A DNA stretch of 64,000 nt from the human T2T-CHM13v2.0 reference genome, Homo sapiens, in the NCBI RefSeq assembly GCF_009914755.1, contig NC_060943.1; one strand, written 5' to 3'. The notes beneath the pieces are model-generated. The model was given only the letters and a program-made list of their open reading frames with translations, made no database searches and was not told the DNA's origin. A program made the translations under genes and the position numbers. Of the stretch, positions 55,877 through 64,000 are shown piece by piece (the stretch's first letter is position 1; each line of letters starts with the position of its first letter).

Positions 55877-56720
55877 TGTTAGGCCATTCCTACATTGCCA
55901 TAAAGAAATAGCTGAGACTGGATAATTTATATAAAAAAAGAGCTTTCATTGACTCACAATTATGCAAGCTGTACAGGAAGCATGGTGCCAACATCTGCTT
56001 CTGAGGAGGCCTCAGGAAGCTTACAATCATGGCAGAAGGCACAGTGGGAGCAGAAGCTAGAGAGAGAGTGTGTGTGGGAGGTGTCACACACTTTTAAAAA
56101 ACCAGATCTTACAAGAACTTATCACCAAGGGATGGCACTAAGCCATTCATGAGGGATATGTCCCCATGATACAAGCACTTCCCACTGGTGCCCCCTCCAA
56201 CACTGGGTATTACATTTCAACATGAGATTTGGTGGGAATACAAAGATCCAGACCATATCATTCCACCCCTGTCTCCACATCTCGTGTCCTTTTCACGTTG
56301 CAAAATACAACCATGCCTTCCCAACAGTCCTGAAAAGTCTTTACTCATTCCGGCATCAACTCAGTCAAAAGTCTCAAGTCTCATCTGGACATGAATTCCT
56401 TCCACCTATGAGCCCGTAAAATCAAAACAAGTTATTTACTGCCAACATACCATGGGAGTACAGCTATTGGGTCGCTCTCCAAAAGGGAGAAGTTGACCAA
56501 AAGAAAGGGGCTACAGGCCCCAATGCAAGTTTGAAACCCAGCAGGGCAGTCATTAAAACTTAAAGCTCCTGCAGTGAGCCGAGATTGCGCCACTGCACTC
56601 CAGCCTGGGCAACAGAGTGAGACTCCAGCTCAAAAAAAAAGGAAAACAAAAAACACCAAAAGAAAACAAAACAAAACAAAAAAACTTAAAGCTCCAAAAT
56701 AGTCTCTCTTGACTCCAGAC
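55877..56720 (-). mobile_element. MST LTR (to 56260) plus partial internal sequence
   Basis: LTR terminus ccagaccatatca followed by MaLR internal sequence. Confidence 0.8.
56570..56680 (+). mobile_element. Severely 5'-truncated Alu with perfect 15-bp TSD
   Basis: TSD aaaacttaaagctcc at 56555-56569 and 56681-56695. Confidence 0.9.
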
Positions 56721-57729
56721 TGTAGTGTTGGGTGCATGTGTATTTCATATAGTTAAGTCTTCTTGTTGAATCTGACCCTCTATCATTATGTAATGCCCTT
56801 CTTTTTCCTTTTTGATCATTATTGGTTTAAAGTCTGTTTTGTCTAGAATAAGAATAGCAACCCCTGCTCTTTTTTGTTCTCTGTTTGCTTGATAGATCTT
56901 TCTCCATCCCTTTACTTTGAGCCATTTAATTTGAGATGGGTCTCTTGAATACAGTATACAGTTGGGTCTTGCTTCTTTATCTAACATGCTCCTCTGTCTT
57001 TTAAGTGGGGCATTTAGCCTGTTTACATTCAAGTTTAATATTGATATGTGAGGGTTTGATCCTGTCATCATGTTGTTAGCTGGTTGTTATGTAGACCTGA
57101 TTGTATAGTTGCTTTATAGTGACAGTGGGCCATATACTTAAGTGTGTTTTTGTGGTGGCTGGTAATGGCGTTTTGTTTCCATGTTTAACACTCCCTTAAG
57201 GAACTCTTGTAAGGCAGGTCTGGCAGTAATGAAGTCCCTTAGCATTTGCTTGTATGAAAAGGATTTTCTTTTCTCCTTTGCATTTTTGTTCTTTGCAACA
57301 ACAAAGAAACCATACAGGAACATTGGTTGCCTTCTGGGACACCAACAATTCAAATATTTTATTGCTTTAATAGTGCTTCATATTTCATGTAGGCTCCACT
57401 CATTCTTTTAAATTATTTTTTCTTTGTTTTTGTCTGACTAGGTTACTTCAAAAGACCCATCTTTAAGTTCTGGGATTCTTTCTTCTGCTTGATATGGTCT
57501 ATTTTTGAAGCCTTTGAGTGTATTTTCTATTTCATTCAATGGATTCTTCAGTTCTAGAATTTATCTTTGGTTCTCTTTAATGATACCTATCTCTTTGGTG
57601 ATAAATTTCTCATTCATAGCCCGAATTGTTTTTCTAATATTGTTGGTTTTTTTGTATTGTATGTCATTGAGAACAACTCACTTCTTTAATAACAACATAT
57701 TGAATTTTTTCTGGGATTTCATAAATTCC

Positions 57730-58030
57730 TTTTTTTTCTTGTTTTTTGGAGATGGAGTCTCGCTCTGTCTCCCAGGTTGGAGTGCAGTGGTATTCCACTG
57801 TCCACTCCAATCTCCTTCTCCTGTGTTCAAGAAATTCTTGTATGTCAGCCTCCTGAGTACCTGGAATTACAGGTGCGCACCACCATGCCTGGCTAATTTT
57901 TGTATTTTTAGTAGAGACAGGGTTCCACCATGTTGGCCAGGCTCATCTCAAGCTCCTGACCTCAAGTGATCTGCCTACTTCGGCCTCCCAAAGTGCTGGG
58001 ATTACAGGCATTCGCCACCACACCTGACCT
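57730..58030 (-). mobile_element. Alu
   Basis: TSD tcataaattcctttttt. Confidence 0.93.
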
Positions 58031-59984
58031 CATAAATTCCTTTTTGATTGGGATCTGTTGCTAGTGAATTATTGTGTTCCTTTGGATATTTCCTTACTTT
58101 TTCATGTTTCTTGTGTTCTTACGTTGATATCTGCACATCTGGTGTAAGAGTGGCTTCTTCCAATTTTTTGAATTTGCTCTCATGGGGAGGATTTTTTTCC
58201 TGAAGTTGTATCTATGATGTTGGTTGGGTAGGGAATTTTGGCTTTGATTGTGGGTACATGCAGTAGTGTAGTCTCTGTATGATTTATTTTGGCTATAAAC
58301 AGCATCAGTGGTGTCTTTCATTTTCTCAGTGGCTTAGGGTGCAATTGTTAGTGAAGGCTATTATGAAGTTTTGCTGGAGACTGGGATGCCAGGTAGGCCA
58401 GGTTTTGGGCCACGGTGGCAGTAGTGGGCTGAATGTGCCTGTCTTTGGGCCCCAGGGTGGCATACACTGGCATCAGTGTTAGCAGGTCCAGGCAGGCCAA
58501 TCGTTGGTCCTCCAGGTCGCTTGATCAGGTATTGAGAATAGCAGTGGTATTTGGATGGGTGGACAGGTTCTTGGGCCCTGGGCATAAGTAGCATGGGCAA
58601 TGGCAGTAGCAGTGATGGGACAGTCCTCTGAGACCCAAGCAGTCTGTGCTGATGTTGGTGGTAGCTGGGGTGCACTAGGCAGGCCATTCCTCAGGCTCAC
58701 AGGTGGCACCTGCAGGTGGGTGCTGGCTGTGGTGGTAGTGGCAGGCTGGTTGGGCCTAACCTCAGATGTTAAGAGAAGTGTTCAGGTGCTATCAGTAGTA
58801 GACCAGGTTGCGTGATCTGCAGGCCCCTTTGATGGGTGCTCAGGTACTGGGGAGGTGGAGCTGTGCCAGGCAGACCTGTTCTCAGGCCCCCAGATGATGT
58901 ATGTAGGCACTGGCTCTGGTAATCAGGGATAGGGTGATCCTCAGGCTGCCAGTGGAATGCTCAGTTGAGGGCAGCAGGAGCTGCACTGCGGCCATGCTAC
59001 TGGGAACAGTGAGACTGCTTTTAGTGGGAGCAGCGTTAGGCAGGTGGCTGGGGCATGTGTGCTTTGCCTGTGCCTCAACCCTGCAGTAGCCTGCAAGTGG
59101 CAGCAGGCAGTGGAATTTGTCCTTGGGGCATGAGAAAATGCATGACTGCCCCTCTACTGATGGGAAAGGGTTGCTGTCATCAGTTTCCACTTTGGTCCTG
59201 GCAGTGGGTGGGGAATGTCAGTTGGGCTCCAGGGATATCGGGATGTGAGGGCTGTTTGGCCCAGGGAAGGATGCAGTCTAGTGGAGGTGGAGCTCATACA
59301 ATGGTGCCTTGATGCAGCTGATTAGGACTTAGGAGTTTGTGGGACTCCATCTCATTGGAGCAATGCCATAGTGCAGTCTCCAGACAGCTCCCTATGTTAG
59401 TCTCAGGACCTGTGAGGGCTGAGGGGCTCTCCTGTGGCTAGGACTGTAGGAATCTGTGGTAGAAATGTGGACCACTGGGGGTCTCTCACCATTCGCCCAG
59501 TTGATTCTGGCTCGGCAGGCCACTTCACTTTTCTCTCCTTCCTTGCTTTTGGTGCCTCCCATTACTTCTCTGTTGAATTCTAATGTCCTCTTTCAGATGA
59601 TCTATTTGAAGTGTCATTATCTATGGACTATTTTGTTTCCTCTCCATAAAAGAGGCAAGTACCCAGTGCATCTAGTCAGCTGTGTTAAAGTCTTTCCTTT
59701 ATTCTGTGTCTTTTGATTGGATAATTTGATCCATTTACATTGTTTATTATTTAAGATAAGGGCTTTTTTTCTGTACTAACTAATGAACCCATATGTTTAA
59801 TTGTCAGACTTTATTCAGCACCACTGAGTCTCAATATCAAAACAACTAAAATTTAAGACACAACCTTCAATTGTAACATATATATTTACACTTCGTGTTC
59901 ATTATATTGTTGAATGGTGCCATCATTCATCTACTTGGCTAACTGCTAACCAGAAATTAAAACTCTTCCATTCAGCTTCTTGTC

Positions 59985-60385
59985 ATTGATTTACAAAGAT
60001 TTATTGAACACTTTCTATATATTAAGAGCTTAATTGTGCACTAGAAATATAAAAATAACAAGATAATATCTGTTCTGGAGTTGAGGCATTTGGGTGACAA
60101 TAAATGAAGTTACAAAACAATGTGAGAAGAGGCGATGAGAATACAAAGATAAAGACATATCTAGAGCTCTTCTGGAGTGATCATGTCATTTGAGACCTCA
60201 CAGATGAAGTAATATCATAGCCTACTGTTGTATGTTGATTGGGGTTTGAGAAGATTGAAAAACAAAACAAAACAAGGATGTCCCAGACAGAGGAAATAAT
60301 CAGCAAAGCTATAAAGGATTGAAATAGGAAAAGGAAGTCATTCTATGAACATGACTGGGTTAAAGGCGCTAATGTAGACTCTGGT
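59985..60385 (-). mobile_element. L2 fragment
   Basis: atttattgaacactttctata...tgtcatttgagacc. Confidence 0.5.
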
Positions 60386-60399
60386 AGATCTTAAAAGTT

Positions 60400-62610
60400 A
60401 TTTATAGGTAAGGACTTTCTACTGCTATTTTGTTTATTGTTTTATAGATCCTTTGTTTCTTTCTTCCTGTCTTACTGTTCCTTTGTGGTTAAGTGATTCT
60501 CTCTAGCAGTATATTTTGATTCCTTACTTTTTATTTTTGTGTTTTTATCTACTATAGGTTTTTGGTTTGTAGTTACCAAAAAAAACTTTATAGTTACAAG
60601 AAAACCTTATAGTTATCATATGTTATTTTAAGCTGATAACAACTTTGATAACAAAAAAGCCCACCTCTACACTTTTACTGCTCTGCACCTTGTATTTTGA
60701 ATTTTGATGTAATCATTTACATCTTTTTATGTCGCATATCTCTTAACAAATTATTGTGATTATTTTTAATAGTTTTTAAACCTTCATGTGAAATACATGT
60801 GATTTATACACCACTGTTACAGTATAATTCTAAATTTGACTGTATACTTACTTTTACCAGTGAATTTTGTACTTTCAGATGTTTTTGTGTTACTCATTAG
60901 CATTTTTTTCTTTCAGCTTGAAAAACTCCCTTTAGCATTTTTTGTAAGATGGCTCTGGTGGAGGTAAACTCCCCCAGCACTTGTTTGTCTGAGCAAGTCT
61001 TATCTCTCCTTCATTTCTGAAGAAGATCCTTTTAGGGTATAGTATTCTTGGTGGTAGGTTTTTTTTTTTCCCTTCTGCACTTTGAACTCTCTCAGGTCTG
61101 TAAAGTTTCCGAGAAGTCTGCTGGTGAGCATATTGAAACTCCCTTATATGTTATTTGCTTCTTTTTTCTTGTTGCTTTCAGGATCCTATCTTTGTCTTTG
61201 ATTTTTGGCAGTTTACTTATAATATGGCTTGGGGTAATCTTATTTGGATTGAATCTGGCTAGAGTCCTTTGACCTTCTTGTACCTGGATATTTACATCTT
61301 TCTCCAGGTTTGGAAAACTTTCTGCTATTATTTGTTTAAATAAGCTTTCTACCTCTTGGTCTCCCTCTTTAATTCCAGTGACCCAAACATTTGCTCTTCT
61401 GATGCTGTCTCATAAATCCCATAAGCTTTCTTCATTTCTTTTTATTATTTTTTTCTTTTTTCCCCTCTGATGGTACATTTTCAAATAACTTGTCTTCAAG
61501 TTCACAGATTCTTTTTTCTACTTGATTAGTTCTGCTGTTTAGACTCTGTATTGCATGTAAAATTTTGTTCATTGTATTTTTCAGCTCTGGGATTTCTGTT
61601 TGAGTTTTTTAAAATTATTTCAGTCTTTGCTAAATTTCTTATTCTAGCCACTTACTGTTTTCCTCATTTCTTTGAATTGTTTCTCTGTATTTTCTTTAAG
61701 TTTGCTGAGCTTCCTTTAAAAAGTTATTTTGAATTGTTTAGTAAGGAGTTCATATTTATCCATCTCTTTATTGTTAGTCACTGGTGCTTTATTTTGTCTC
61801 CCCGCTAATGTCATATTTCTCTGATTGTTCTTGATCTTGTGGCCACACGTCAACATCTGCATATTTTAAGAAGTAGGTACTTATTTCCAGTCTTTGTAAA
61901 CTGGCTTTGTCTGGGAACGCCCTTCAACAATAAGCCTGTCTAGATAGCCTGGACAGACTGGTGTGATCTCTGTGCCACTGTGGCCATTACAACTCTAGAG
62001 GGTGACCTATGCTGGTACGTGATGACAAGCACGTTGCCCGGCTGGAATCTCATGGCTTCTGAGGCTGGCACAGAGCTGGCATATGCCTGAAGCCTGTGGC
62101 TGCTGGTGCCTGCCTACTGCCAAGATTTGTCTGTAGCCCAGGGCCCAGGCTAGCAGTGATGCAAACTGTGGATTGAGCTGGCCTTGCAGGGGCTGTGGGT
62201 TCCCATCTGGTTCCCGGGCAGCTCTGGAAGCTTAGTCCATAGGTACTGATATGGGTTGAGCGGTTGCAGGGGTCTGCCTAATGCAGGGTTTTACTGTGGA
62301 AGATCCAGTATTAGGGTCCAAGGCAAAATTTTGTTTACTTTCCTCTCTTTCCACCAAGCAGACAGTATGTATCTCTCTCTGTGCTATGCTGCCTGGGGTT
62401 GAGTGAAGGGTAATTTGGGTGACATAAAATTGTTCTTCCTACTCTCTTCAATGCATCTTTTCTTATTATGCTATAACTAGGTACTGTGATCTCTCACCTG
62501 GTTTCCTTAGCTCTTTTGAAGGTATTTTTGTGCATGAATCATTCAAATTGATGTTTCCGTGTGGGCAATGATTACTAGAGAGTCCTAATGCACCATCTTG
62601 CTCTGCCCTT
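60400..62610 (-). mobile_element. L1M (ORF1 / 5'UTR region)
   Basis: T-rich degenerate L1 ending ccatcttg (minus-strand CAAGATGG start). Confidence 0.75.
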
Positions 62611-63564
62611 CTTCCCAAATGCCTGTAGCCTCATAGAAAAACATTTGTAAGAAGTAGATATCTAGGGAAGGATTCCACTGAGAAGTGGTCCACATTTATG
62701 TTTTTAAACAGCACGTTTTAGTGTGAGGAGGCCATTAAGTGGGGATATTTATGAAAGAATATAGGCAAACTGTTACTTAGAATGTCTTCAGTTCTGTAAG
62801 GTGCTTGGCATGTAAGGTGCTTGGCCTACATATTTCTTTCAAATTAGTACACAGTCAAAAACTTTAATCAGTATACAAATTATTCTGTTAGAAGAGACAC
62901 TTGTGTTTTCCATGTTTGTGTTTCTCCTTAGGAGTTGTATTTCTGTTGCTGAGATAACCTATTGTTATATCCTAGTTTATTTATAATATGTTTTGTAAGA
63001 AAGACTGATGTCATTCATTGTAGGTGTAAAACAGGCTTACCATGAAATGAAAGCCTTTGTTCAACTTAGAGTCCTAATGTTTCTGATTTCTTACTCTTGT
63101 TGCTGATATACAGAAGCAGCTACAAGAGCTGAAAGATGACTGTGCACTTAATGTCTTTAGTTGAAAGAATTATTTAGCTAAAGAAACACAGTCATTAGCT
63201 ATGGAATTTGAGAGCCTCAACAGTTTCAATGACAAATACAAAAGCATTTTTAAAAAATGAACTCAAACAGCATGATAAATTTTTATATAAAAATAAAGTT
63301 TCAATTTATTTTTTAATGCCTTTCTGAATTACTGGTTAAACTAAAATCTATAAAAATGCAATGCATTAAGTGTATATACCATAATCAAAAGTTTGAAGTG
63401 TCACATTTCTTCTATAATGGGGAGAAATTAATCACATTTGGTAAACATTTTTTACGTTCAAACCTGGATTTCAAGATAAGTTAAATAATTACTTTCATTC
63501 ACTGTCAAGGCTCTTTCTTGATTCACATTTTGAGGTTGTTTCTTTTCTTAATGCAATACTAACT

Positions 63565-64000
<436 letters not shown>

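Larger units (their letters stand above)
55325..59690 (-). mobile_element. L1M element(s): ORF2 N-terminus, ORF1 and 5'UTR, with nested MST and Alus
   Basis: ORFs 55593..55781 and 56745..57071 are EN-like. Confidence 0.8.

Overview
Primate (most likely human chr19q13.32) DNA, mostly transposon-derived: Alu, L1, ERV1/ERVK/MaLR LTRs and hAT MITEs. The one intact protein-coding gene is the 4-exon IGFL4 on the minus strand (124 aa, 11 Cys, TATA box). Main observations: (1) An ancient, diverged inverted duplication (arms about 40.5-49.4 kb and 50.0-55.3 kb) centres on two divergent CpG-island promoter modules. Each module carries a perfectly conserved 27-bp CTCF-motif block, a 5' splice donor and a YY1 motif. 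The right module contains a perfect 12 x 24-bp CpG-rich VNTR. (2) A young L1PA2-like insertion with a probable target deletion lies about 120 bp after the IGFL4 stop codon. It is linked to a two-piece templated insertion 2.3 kb away on the other side of the gene. (3) A 3'-truncated processed pseudogene of a LY6S/Ly6a-type gene. (4) A MER41 LTR with both STAT1 GAS motifs intact, inside a predicted convergent CTCF loop. Repeat subfamily names come from recalled consensus sequences, and many repeat boundaries are approximate.
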